Source of the DNA: an uncultured Nitrospirales bacterium
GTDB lineage: Bacteria; Nitrospirota; Thermodesulfovibrionia; UBA6902; BMS3Bbin08
Direction: 5' to 3'
Assembly: GCA_964574765.1 (NCBI GenBank)
Contig: CAZNPC010000001.1
Span: 28,720-92,719 of the forward strand
Length of the DNA stretch: 64,000 nucleotides
This document shows positions 55,949 to 64,000 of this stretch, piece by piece. Positions within the stretch are counted from its first letter, which is position 1. Each line of letters begins with the position of its first letter. Below the pieces are notes generated by a model that saw nothing but the letters and a program-made list of their open reading frames with translations, searched no databases and was not told the DNA's origin. Both the position numbers and the translations under genes were made by a program.

Positions 55949-56779
55949 TTATTTGCTTTCAAGATAGGCTTTTAGTCCCTGATTCCAGTGTCTGAGGGTC
56001 TCAATGCCCTCAAGTTTCAACATGTCATTTCCGAGCACTGAAAATGCCGGCCTTTTAGCCGGGCGATTGAGTTTTTCAGAGGATACCGGATTGATCCGCG
56101 CATTAACCTTTTTCAACCTTGCTATTTCAACGGTAAATTCGTACCATGAGCAAGCAGATGTGTTGGTTATATGATATATACCATATTCCCTGCCGATAAG
56201 CGCCTTTAATTTTCCCGCAAAATCATATGCGTAGGTCGGCGAACTAATCTGATCATTAACAACATCTATATCTTTTTTTTCAGCCAAAAGTCTCACTATT
56301 GTATCAACAAAATTCTTGCCGTTCCTTCCGAAAAGACCGGATGTCCTTACAATGTAAAACTTATTAGTCAGCATTTGAACAGAATTCTCTCCCTCAAGTT
56401 TTGAAAGTCCATATATATTTACGGGGTTAGGTTTGTCATGTTCGCTGTAAGGCTCTTTCTTTCTGCCGTCAAAGACATAATCAGTGCTGATATAAATAAC
56501 GGGACAATTAATCGCTTCGCAGGCTGAAACGACATTTCGAGTACCTGTACCATTAACAAGATATGCCCGTTCAGGATCGATCTCACAGCCATCAACGTCA
56601 GTAAAAGCCGCGGCATGGATCAGATAATCGGGTTTTATCTCTTTAATCCTGGATAAAGTTTTATCAAGATCCGTAATGTCAAAATCACTGCGGGTCAGCC
56701 ATACAACATCCTGATCGTGTAAAACCTGTTTAAGGGCAAAACCGAGTATCCCTGATGAACCTGTTACAGCAACTCTCAA
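55949..56779 (-). CDS. rfbD: dTDP-4-dehydrorhamnose reductase
   Basis: MRVAVTGSSGILGFAL ... RfbD family length and motifs (YxxxK in YGLSKLEGE). Confidence 0.85.
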   Translation of the reverse strand: MRVAVTGSSGILGFALKQVLHDQDVVWLTRSDFDITDLDKTLSRIKEIKPDYLIHAAAFTDVDGCEIDPERAYLVNGTGTRNVVSACEAINCPVIYISTDYVFDGRKKEPYSEHDKPNPVNIYGLSKLEGENSVQMLTNKFYIVRTSGLFGRNGKNFVDTIVRLLAEKKDIDVVNDQISSPTYAYDFAGKLKALIGREYGIYHITNTSACSWYEFTVEIARLKKVNARINPVSSEKLNRPAKRPAFSVLGNDMLKLEGIETLRHWNQGLKAYLESK

Positions 56780-57003
56780 TCCTTCAACCTTTCCTTATAA
56801 TAATAATTGGCCGCAAATTTGCACTTATCATATTAAAACTCGAAATTCGACGTAATATCAATATTTGAATGTTCAAAATTCTAAACTTTTAACTTAAAAT
56901 TATCATTGTTTGTAATATTAGTATTTTGGTCATTCGATATTGTTTCGTGCTTCGGTTTTCGTATTTCGAATTTAACCCTTCATAGGTCTGAGTGAGTCAG
57001 TGG

Positions 57004-58023
57004 CTAAATAGATTCTCCATACTGGGTCTTGTAATATTCCGCGTATTCTCCCGAAATGATCCTCTGCCACCACTGTTTATTGTCAAGGTACCATCCGACT
57101 GTATCTGATATGCCGGCCTCAAAGTCCATTTCAGGTTTCCAGCCGAATTCTTTCTCAACCCTTGCAGGGTCCAGCGCATACCGCCTGTCATGACCCGGCC
57201 TGTCATTTACAAAGGTAATGAGGCCGTTAAGCTTCCCTTCGTCAAGCTCGAGTTTTTCAGCTATCGCATTCAGGACTAAATTGATCGTTGATATGTTAGT
57301 CTTCTCATTTCTTGAACCGATATTGTATACACCACCCGGCCTGCCCTGATGCAGAATGATATCTAATGCCTTGCAATGATCGGATACATGGATCCAGTCC
57401 CTTACATTCTTACCGTCACCATATACCGGTATCGGCTTGTTGCTTACAGCGTTTAATATTACAAGAGGAAGAAGCTTCTCAGGAAACTGGTACGGGCCGT
57501 AATTGTTTGAACATCTGGTTACTATTGCCTTTACACCGTAAGTCTCAACATATGACCTTACAAGCAGATCAGATGATGCCTTGCTTGCCGCATACGGGCT
57601 GTTCGGCAAAAGAGGGGAATCTTCACTAAACAGGCCTTTTTCGATCGAACCGTATACTTCATCTGTCGATACATGCAGAAAAGTACACCCCCTGTTCTTC
57701 GAATACTCGAGAAGATTATTTGTGCCTATCACGTTGGTCTGTATAAATGGATCGGCCTTAAGGATACTTCTGTCAACGTGGCTTTCAGCGGCAAAATTTA
57801 CGATAGCATCCACATCTATGCCTTCGATGATCTGCCTATCGCATATATCACCTTTTACAAACGAGTAATTAGGAGAGCTTTCAATATCATTAAGGTTTTC
57901 GAGATTCCCGGCGTAAGTGATCTTATCCAGGTTGATCACATGATAATCAGGATGCGCAGACATAAGATGCCTGATGAAATTAGAACCAATAAACCCGGCA
58001 CCGCCTGTGACCAATATTTTCAT
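57004..58023 (-). CDS. rfbB: dTDP-glucose 4,6-dehydratase
   Basis: [21 protein letters not shown] ... HVSTDEVYG ... YAASKASSD, diagnostic for RmlB. Confidence 0.9.
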   Translation of the reverse strand: MKILVTGGAGFIGSNFIRHLMSAHPDYHVINLDKITYAGNLENLNDIESSPNYSFVKGDICDRQIIEGIDVDAIVNFAAESHVDRSILKADPFIQTNVIGTNNLLEYSKNRGCTFLHVSTDEVYGSIEKGLFSEDSPLLPNSPYAASKASSDLLVRSYVETYGVKAIVTRCSNNYGPYQFPEKLLPLVILNAVSNKPIPVYGDGKNVRDWIHVSDHCKALDIILHQGRPGGVYNIGSRNEKTNISTINLVLNAIAEKLELDEGKLNGLITFVNDRPGHDRRYALDPARVEKEFGWKPEMDFEAGISDTVGWYLDNKQWWQRIISGEYAEYYKTQYGESI

Positions 58024-58146
58024 TCCTGCTCCGCAGAATAGTTCATAGTTGTCCCCGCAAATCCTGATGGATTAAGACGCGGGGCAGGCCGTTGTTCATT
58101 GTTAATTGCTAATTGATAATTTTTCATTTTGCAATGTTATTTTCTA

Positions 58147-58587
58147 TTAGTCTATTTTAAACTGCGAATCAGGTTCATTTTCATACCTGACTTCATCCGC
58201 CTCTTCCTTTTTCCCCCGGCCTCTGTAAAGCCGGTCAGGCATATTAATGACATAGCTGTCGGAAGATCCGATATTCTTATATGCATGCACAATTCCCGGC
58301 GGTATAACCACCATTGTAGGAACATCTGAAGTATCTATTGTCTTATGCTCCCCGTATGTTGCTGATCCTTTTCTATTATCCCAAAGATATATCCGGAACT
58401 TCCCGACCAGGCAGAAACAGTCGGTCTGTTCTTTATGTTCATGCGGGCCCCTGACAATCCCGGTTCTGGTCAGAGAAAGATACGCCATCATCGGCCTCAG
58501 AGATGTCTCATCCGACCTGATCATCTCGCCGACCCACCCCCGCCTATCTTCATTTAGTGAGATTTCTCTTATTTCCAGTCCGTCCAT
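58147..58587 (-). CDS. RmlC-like cupin: dTDP-sugar 3,5-epimerase or FdtA/QdtA-type 3,4-ketoisomerase (short, 146 aa)
   Basis: RGPHEHKEQTDCFCLVGKFRI closely parallels the FdtA motif RGFHAHKKLEQVLVCLNGSCRV. In the rfbC position between rfbA and rfbB. Confidence 0.6.
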   Translation of the reverse strand: MDGLEIREISLNEDRRGWVGEMIRSDETSLRPMMAYLSLTRTGIVRGPHEHKEQTDCFCLVGKFRIYLWDNRKGSATYGEHKTIDTSDVPTMVVIPPGIVHAYKNIGSSDSYVINMPDRLYRGRGKKEEADEVRYENEPDSQFKID

Positions 58588-58714
58588 GGTTAATCACCAA
58601 CTCTTAGTTGATAGCTCATAGTAAAAACATTTAAAATAGCCCTTAGTTCACAGTTAATATTATAGTCTATTCGCTACGAGCTATGAGCCAAGAGCTATCA
58701 GCTATTCACGTCCT
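58588..58714. repeat. intergenic repeat family A copy between rfbC and rfbA
   Basis: See 19107-19261. It also carries cgagctatgagccaagagctatcagct, matching 4150-4177 gctatgagctataaactatcagctatgagct. Confidence 0.6.
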
Positions 58715-59779
58715 TTATACTTCAACTACTGAATCATCACCTATCATAAGCCTTAGAGCTTTATGAAGAGTACTTTTGGATATCTTTACCCTGCGACCGA
58801 TAAGGCAGTCTTCCATCCGCTCAATATCCTTCACCTCACTGCCGGTCATAATGACTGAATGCTCCACTGAAGACCTTATTATCCTGACATTGTCCCCGAT
58901 ACTTGAATGAGGCCCGATAAAAGCGCTCTCTATCTCTGAATCTTCACCGATAATGACCGGTCCCCGGATCGTACTGTTCTTTATCATCGTTCCTTTCCCT
59001 ACGTATACTCTGCCGTCTACTCTGCTCTTTTCATCAACATGACCAAACATATCACCTCTTAGCCATTCATCAAGCACAACAGCATTTGCAGTAAGAATAT
59101 CGTCTTTTTTCCCTGTGTCAAGCCACCATGTATCAAGAATACGACTCTCCACCCTTTTTTTCGACTCTATCAGTTCCTGAATGGCATCGGTAATCTCCAA
59201 CTCTCCTCTTTTTGAAGGTTTTATCTTCTCTATAGCTTCATGTATGGCTGATGAAAAAATGTATATACCTACCAGGGCAAGATTAGATCTTGGCTCTTCC
59301 GGTTTTTCAACCAGGCGGACGACCCTGCCTTCTGCCGTTGTCTCAGCAACACCGAACTGTTTTGGATCGTTAACTTCTTTAAGTAATATAAGTCCCTCAG
59401 GACGCAGTTTATTGAATTCCTGAACAAATATGTTGATATCAGATCCAACAAGGTTATCACCCAGGTACATTACAAACGGTGAATCAGATAGAAAATCTTT
59501 CGCGGTCTTAATAGCATGTGCCAGTCCGCCGGGTATAACTTGAGTTATATACTCTATCTCTATGTTCCACATACTGCCGTCACCGACGGTATCTTTTATC
59601 TCCTGACCAGTCTCAGGCGATATGATTATTCCTATATCTTTAATACCTGCATTAACAATATTGTCAATGCAGTAAAACAATATAGGTTTATTGGCGACAG
59701 GAACAAGCTGTTTGGCTCCTGAATGTGTCAGCGGCCGCAGGCGAGTCCCCTTTCCTCCACTTAATATAATTGCCTTCAT
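58715..59779 (-). CDS. rfbA: glucose-1-phosphate thymidylyltransferase (long form with C-terminal left-handed beta-helix)
   Basis: MKAIILSGGKGTRLRPLTHSGAKQLVPVANKPILFY. Hexapeptide-repeat C-terminus. 354 aa. Confidence 0.85.
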   Translation of the reverse strand: MKAIILSGGKGTRLRPLTHSGAKQLVPVANKPILFYCIDNIVNAGIKDIGIIISPETGQEIKDTVGDGSMWNIEIEYITQVIPGGLAHAIKTAKDFLSDSPFVMYLGDNLVGSDINIFVQEFNKLRPEGLILLKEVNDPKQFGVAETTAEGRVVRLVEKPEEPRSNLALVGIYIFSSAIHEAIEKIKPSKRGELEITDAIQELIESKKRVESRILDTWWLDTGKKDDILTANAVVLDEWLRGDMFGHVDEKSRVDGRVYVGKGTMIKNSTIRGPVIIGEDSEIESAFIGPHSSIGDNVRIIRSSVEHSVIMTGSEVKDIERMEDCLIGRRVKISKSTLHKALRLMIGDDSVVEV

Positions 59780-60102
59780 TAATGTCTCTGTTTATTATTC
59801 ACAACAACTCTTCGACTTACTGTTCTCTCTTTTTTCAGTGTGTTCAGTGCCTCAGTGCCTGCCCCTGCCTACCGGCAGGCAGGCGCCAGTCTGTGCTTGC
59901 CTGCCAGTTTATTCTTGTCTGCCAGTCCGTTTGGCATGATGGCATGGTGGCGGGGTTATTAATTCGACAATATTATTATGATAGCTGAAACACCCCATAA
60001 CTTCAAATAAAATGGCATACAGAAAAATATACATATCCATTTACTTTAATTAAATTAACAAAAACAATTGATCAGTCAATTCAGTATCACATTGGACAGG
60101 AC

Positions 60103-60138
60103 AAAAAAAGGGTGTTCCGACTTTTATCGGAACACCCT
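60103..60138 (-). terminator. Rho-independent terminator downstream of the tetrahaem cytochrome gene
   Basis: Minus-strand read: GGGTGTTCCGA-ataaaag-TCGGAACACCC followed by T7. 11-bp perfect stem. Confidence 0.75.
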
Positions 60139-60157
60139 CAAATAATGCTGATCAATC

Positions 60158-60880
60158 TTACTTGTTATGACATGTGAGGCACAAGAAACTGTTGTCGTTG
60201 CTAAATCTCAGGAACGGCTCAAATTCGTTGTCGTGAACATTATGACAGCTTCCGCACTCAACTGTATAATTACCTCCGTTGGCAAACAACGGTACTGTCT
60301 TAAGGGTCCAGTATCCTGTAACCGTTGATTCACCTGAATCAATTGGCTGTAGATCAGGGTCTGCTGTAGGTGCAGGACCTGATAAATAATTCATACTAAT
60401 CGGATGATCATCTGCCAGAGACGTTCCAATTAATCCAGACCCGTTAAGGATAGCGCCACCAAAACCACCGGTAAGCCAACCTCCTACAATTGTGTTCATA
60501 CCGGGAACATAATTATCTGGCGAAGGATTATTCACTGAGTCGATTGCCACAGTACCATCATGACAACTCAGACATGCCCTTGAAACCCCGGATGGCTGCA
60601 TATCTGCACCATCTCCGACCATACTTCCGAATGGGTCTCCGTAAACAGTATAGTTTGAAACTGCCGAATCTGCCCGGTTCCAAAGGGCTGCTGTTGTAGT
60701 TGATTGGTGAGGAGTATGACAGAACACACAGACCTCTTGGGTGCCTGTAGAAGTCATCTGCTCAGGCAACAGCATATTGTGCCGACTATTAGAAACGTTA
60801 GATGCATAGACCACAAAAGAAGCGCCTATTGCCAGCAAAATTATTATTCCTACTGATAAAGCTTTTTTCATTGTACTCAC
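60158..60880 (-). CDS. secreted tetrahaem c-type cytochrome, paralogue of the N-terminal region of the 5458-7695 cytochrome
   Basis: Four CXXCH (CVFCHTPH, CLSCHDGTVAIDSV, CGSCHNVH, CLTCHNK). Signal peptide. CLSCHDGTVAI block identical to the first cytochrome. Confidence 0.75.
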   Translation of the reverse strand: MSTMKKALSVGIIILLAIGASFVVYASNVSNSRHNMLLPEQMTSTGTQEVCVFCHTPHQSTTTAALWNRADSAVSNYTVYGDPFGSMVGDGADMQPSGVSRACLSCHDGTVAIDSVNNPSPDNYVPGMNTIVGGWLTGGFGGAILNGSGLIGTSLADDHPISMNYLSGPAPTADPDLQPIDSGESTVTGYWTLKTVPLFANGGNYTVECGSCHNVHDNEFEPFLRFSNDNSFLCLTCHNK

Positions 60881-61090
60881 CTCCCTTAGCTTTTAGAGTT
60901 TTTTGTTTTATTTAGACTGACTGATTATACGCAAGATACGTGCCATTGTCTTCGAGTAGGAATTATAATCATAATATTGTTTAGAATCAATGGGTTATGT
61001 CCCACACCATAAGCCTCACTGAACCTTTTAGAACTTCTGCTTTTCTGTGTCTTTTTACTCATAAAGTGTGATTTAACTCACTATCCAGGC

Positions 61091-62152
61091 TTATTTTGAC
61101 TCCTGACTGATCTTATATTTCTCTCCCATATACTGAAAAATATTGATCCTTCTGTTATATTGGTCAGCAACGTAAATCCTATCGTTCTCATCAATATGCA
61201 TACCGGCGGGCAGCCAGAAACCACCCCTGCCTGTACCCACACTTCCGAATGCTAACAAAAGCTGGCCTTCATTGTCAAATACTTGAACATTATCAAAGGC
61301 GGCATCAACAACATAAATATGCCCCTCAGAATCAAGTGCAACTCCTTTAGGTCTTGCAAAACTCCCGGGGCCGTCTCCCAAAGACCCGAATTTTGATAAA
61401 AAAACACCGTCAGGATCGAATATCTGTATCCTGAAATTCATGCTGTCACTGACGTATACCTTGCCATCCTGATCAACAAATATGTTAACCGGAAGATTGA
61501 ATTCTCCGTCCTCAATGCCCTCTTCCCCGAAATTAAAGAGAAATTGTCCATCCATGCTGAATACATCAACAAGGTGTGCCTTTATGTCCACTACATAAAC
61601 TCTGCCAAGCGTATTGTTTACAGCTATGCCGCCGGGTCTTTCAAACTGGCCCATTGCACCGAGGACATGAGAGAACTTGCCATCCGGAGTATATACTACG
61701 ACCCTTTTAACCACGGCATCTGCAACATACATATTCCCTTTGGAATCAGATGCCACACCTATAGGTTTTCTAAGCGCGCCTGCCCCCGATTCTCCAAGAT
61801 AAAAAGACTTCCCCTCATTAAAATCATAAACAGCAACGAGCCCGGCCTGTGTATCCGATACAAGCATTCTTCCTTTGGTCATATTAACGTTATTAGGCTT
61901 CATAAGCAATTTAGTTCTTTCTTCCTCACCAACCACTATTCTTAAAAACGCCTTGGCAAATGATTCTTTTTTCACAGCATCCGCTCCTCTTACCCAGCCG
62001 ATCCATTTAATACGCGGCTCCTCCGGGGGAAGGGGCCAATACAGATCAGCCTGCTTTACAGTTTTGCCTCCGCAGGCTGTCAGAATCAAAAACAGAAAAA
62101 GGAAACCCCATGAGAAAAACGGAAATGTTTCTTTGCGAATAATCGTCATCAT
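61091..62152 (-). CDS. NHL-repeat beta-propeller lipoprotein
   Basis: Lipobox LILTAC after the signal peptide. Six NHL-type repeats (MYVADA, VYVVDI, VYVSDS...RIQIF, IYVVDA, IYVADQ...RINIF). Confidence 0.75.
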   Translation of the reverse strand: MMTIIRKETFPFFSWGFLFLFLILTACGGKTVKQADLYWPLPPEEPRIKWIGWVRGADAVKKESFAKAFLRIVVGEEERTKLLMKPNNVNMTKGRMLVSDTQAGLVAVYDFNEGKSFYLGESGAGALRKPIGVASDSKGNMYVADAVVKRVVVYTPDGKFSHVLGAMGQFERPGGIAVNNTLGRVYVVDIKAHLVDVFSMDGQFLFNFGEEGIEDGEFNLPVNIFVDQDGKVYVSDSMNFRIQIFDPDGVFLSKFGSLGDGPGSFARPKGVALDSEGHIYVVDAAFDNVQVFDNEGQLLLAFGSVGTGRGGFWLPAGMHIDENDRIYVADQYNRRINIFQYMGEKYKISQESK

Positions 62153-62293
62153 TCTTTATTATACCTCAGTGAATCATTAAATTCATCTGAATATTCCCCG
62201 GTTATCACAAGAATATTCATGACGGGCCTGACATTTAATTGTCATTTATTAATGCGCAGCTATGCTACTGATAAATAGTACTATTATGTTTTT

Positions 62294-63784
62294 TTATTCA
62301 ATCTTCAGTTTTTTCAGTTCGTTCTTCCTGATCTTACCTGTTGCCGTCTTTGGAAATTCGTCAATAAACCGGGCCCGCCTTGGAATTTTAAATCCGGCAA
62401 CAAGGCCTTTCAGGTGTTTTCTGATATCCATATCGTCAATAACAGTACCGTCCTTTTTCTTAATGTAAATAACCGTTGTTTCAGAACCCTTGCCGTCAGG
62501 AACACCAACCATCGCGCACTCTTCAACCGCGGGATGCAGACAGGCGGCATCTTCCACTTCACGCGGATAGATGTTCATCCCGTCAACTATTATTACATCT
62601 TTTTTTCTGTCGACAATATAAATATATCCATCCTCATCAATTCTTGCCATATCTCCTGTATATAGCCAACCTGATTTCAGGACCTCATCGGTTTCCGTCA
62701 CTTTATTGTGATAGCCCTTCATAACATTCGGCCCCTTTACCATAAGTTCACCAGGACCCCCCGCTGACTGTTCAGCACCATTCCCGTCATGCCTGAGAGC
62801 AACTTCAACACCGGGTATTGGCGGCCCTACTGATCCGGGTTTTCTGACCCCGTAAATCGGGTTAACCGCAACAACCGGCGATGCCTCCGTAAGGCCGTAA
62901 CCTTCGATCAGGGGTATTCCGAACTTCTCTTCAATCGCGGTTACCGTATCCACCGGAAGTGAAGAGGCCCCTGAAACACAGGCCCTGACCCTCACAAAAA
63001 GCTTAAGTATCATCTTTATAAAAAAAGGCACTTTCTTTCTGGCCAGTATGTTATACACAGCCGGAACCGCAACCAGCAATGTTATCCTGTCTTTCATAAT
63101 ACTGCTTATAACCCGTGAAAAAGGCTTTACAGATTCCAACAGGACAATGCTCCCTCCGGAATAGAATGGCAGGAGAACGCATACTGTAAAAGTAAACGAG
63201 TGAAAAAGGGGCAGGAACAGCAGGACCCTGTCCCTTTCTGAAAACTGAAATACCTGCCGGCATGATTCTGTATTTGACAGGAGATTGCCGTGGGTCAGCA
63301 TCGCGCCCTTGGGAAATCCCGTTGTCCCGGATGTGTATAAAATCACAGCTGTTTCATTGCTTTCTCCCGAATAACACGCCCTGATCTTCTGCGGTATATC
63401 CTCAAATACCAATGTCCTGACCCCCGGGACCTGTTTCTTTATATCAGGAATTAATTTCCTGTAAGCAGTGCCGTAGATCAGTATATTGCAGCCGGCGTCT
63501 TTCAATATATAGGAGATTTCACCTGCGATAAGAAAAGTATTTACCGGAACAGCAACACCGCCCGCCCTGAGAATGGCAAAGTAGGAAACTATGTATTCAG
63601 GACAGTTGTCCATTAAGATCGCGACTCTGTCCCCGGTGTTCAGGCCGGTTTCCTGCAGTCCTCCTGAAGTGAGGTTCACAAGATTATCGATCTCAGAATA
63701 CGTAATTTCGCGCTTATCAAATTTTAAGCACACTTTTTTAGCGCGCTTAACCGCATGTTCCGATAGAATTCTGTCAAGCGTCAT
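62294..63784 (-). CDS. long-chain fatty-acid--CoA ligase (AMP-binding enzyme)
   Basis: AMP-binding motif ILYTSGTTGFPKGAMLTHGNL. GYGLTE. PKTATGKIRK C-terminal lysine motif. Confidence 0.85.
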   Translation of the reverse strand: MTLDRILSEHAVKRAKKVCLKFDKREITYSEIDNLVNLTSGGLQETGLNTGDRVAILMDNCPEYIVSYFAILRAGGVAVPVNTFLIAGEISYILKDAGCNILIYGTAYRKLIPDIKKQVPGVRTLVFEDIPQKIRACYSGESNETAVILYTSGTTGFPKGAMLTHGNLLSNTESCRQVFQFSERDRVLLFLPLFHSFTFTVCVLLPFYSGGSIVLLESVKPFSRVISSIMKDRITLLVAVPAVYNILARKKVPFFIKMILKLFVRVRACVSGASSLPVDTVTAIEEKFGIPLIEGYGLTEASPVVAVNPIYGVRKPGSVGPPIPGVEVALRHDGNGAEQSAGGPGELMVKGPNVMKGYHNKVTETDEVLKSGWLYTGDMARIDEDGYIYIVDRKKDVIIVDGMNIYPREVEDAACLHPAVEECAMVGVPDGKGSETTVIYIKKKDGTVIDDMDIRKHLKGLVAGFKIPRRARFIDEFPKTATGKIRKNELKKLKIE

Positions 63785-64000
63785 ATCTCTTCACACCTTC
63801 CATTCCCTGAGACAGAAAAGCCTTTGTCCCTGTTTATTCCAATCTGATAATTATAACCAAAACTCCCGCTTTCATGGAACCCCACGTGCAAGCTCATGGT
63901 ACCTTATTATTATCCGCCGAAATATGTAGAAGCTTGCCCCTTCGGTGACATCTCGCTCGCTCGCCTCGGGGCGAAGCCACGGGCCTCGTCGTAGCCTTTG

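Noticed and set aside
63785-64000. tRNA or tmRNA gene downstream of the acyl-CoA ligase
   Set aside because: No acceptor stem/T-arm (GTTCRANYC) pattern or tmRNA 5' GGGG...UUCGACGGG signature could be fitted by eye. Kept only as an unexplained GC-rich segment.

Overview
AT-rich bacterial chromosomal window, roughly 40% GC by eye. Bases 1-4822 carry plus-strand housekeeping genes: fabG (5'-truncated at the window edge), acpP, fabF, rnc, purM and purN. Almost everything from 4853 to 63784 lies on the minus strand, about 55 co-directional genes. The centrepiece is a glycan-biosynthesis super-locus of about 49 kb (10779-59779). It encodes four nucleotide-sugar routes: dTDP-6-deoxyhexose (rfbA, cupin, rfbB, rfbD), GDP-fucose (gmd, fcl), UDP-xylose (uxs) and a CMP-type cytidylyltransferase module. 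It has at least nine GT2 and other glycosyltransferases and two DegT aminotransferases with a WbqC-like protein. It also encodes several methyltransferases, two sulfotransferases, an AsnB-type amidotransferase and three radical-SAM enzymes, two of which are B12-binding. Two Wzm/Wzt ABC exporters and a TPR-tailed polytopic membrane protein are present. A NusG/RfaH-like paralog is followed by an ops-like leader element. A winged-helix regulator has its promoter/operator module duplicated inside the locus. Paralogous 'multihaem cytochrome c plus NHL beta-propeller' gene pairs, one with an outer-membrane barrel, sit at both ends of the locus. Other features include two small four-helix-bundle (IVS-protein family) genes embedded in repeats, a 40-bp x ~6 tandem repeat, MITE-like intergenic repeat families, a Rho-independent terminator, decayed gene remnants and G7 homopolymer tracts inside modification genes. 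All calls rest on motif recognition from the translated ORFs and the raw sequence; no database search was possible.
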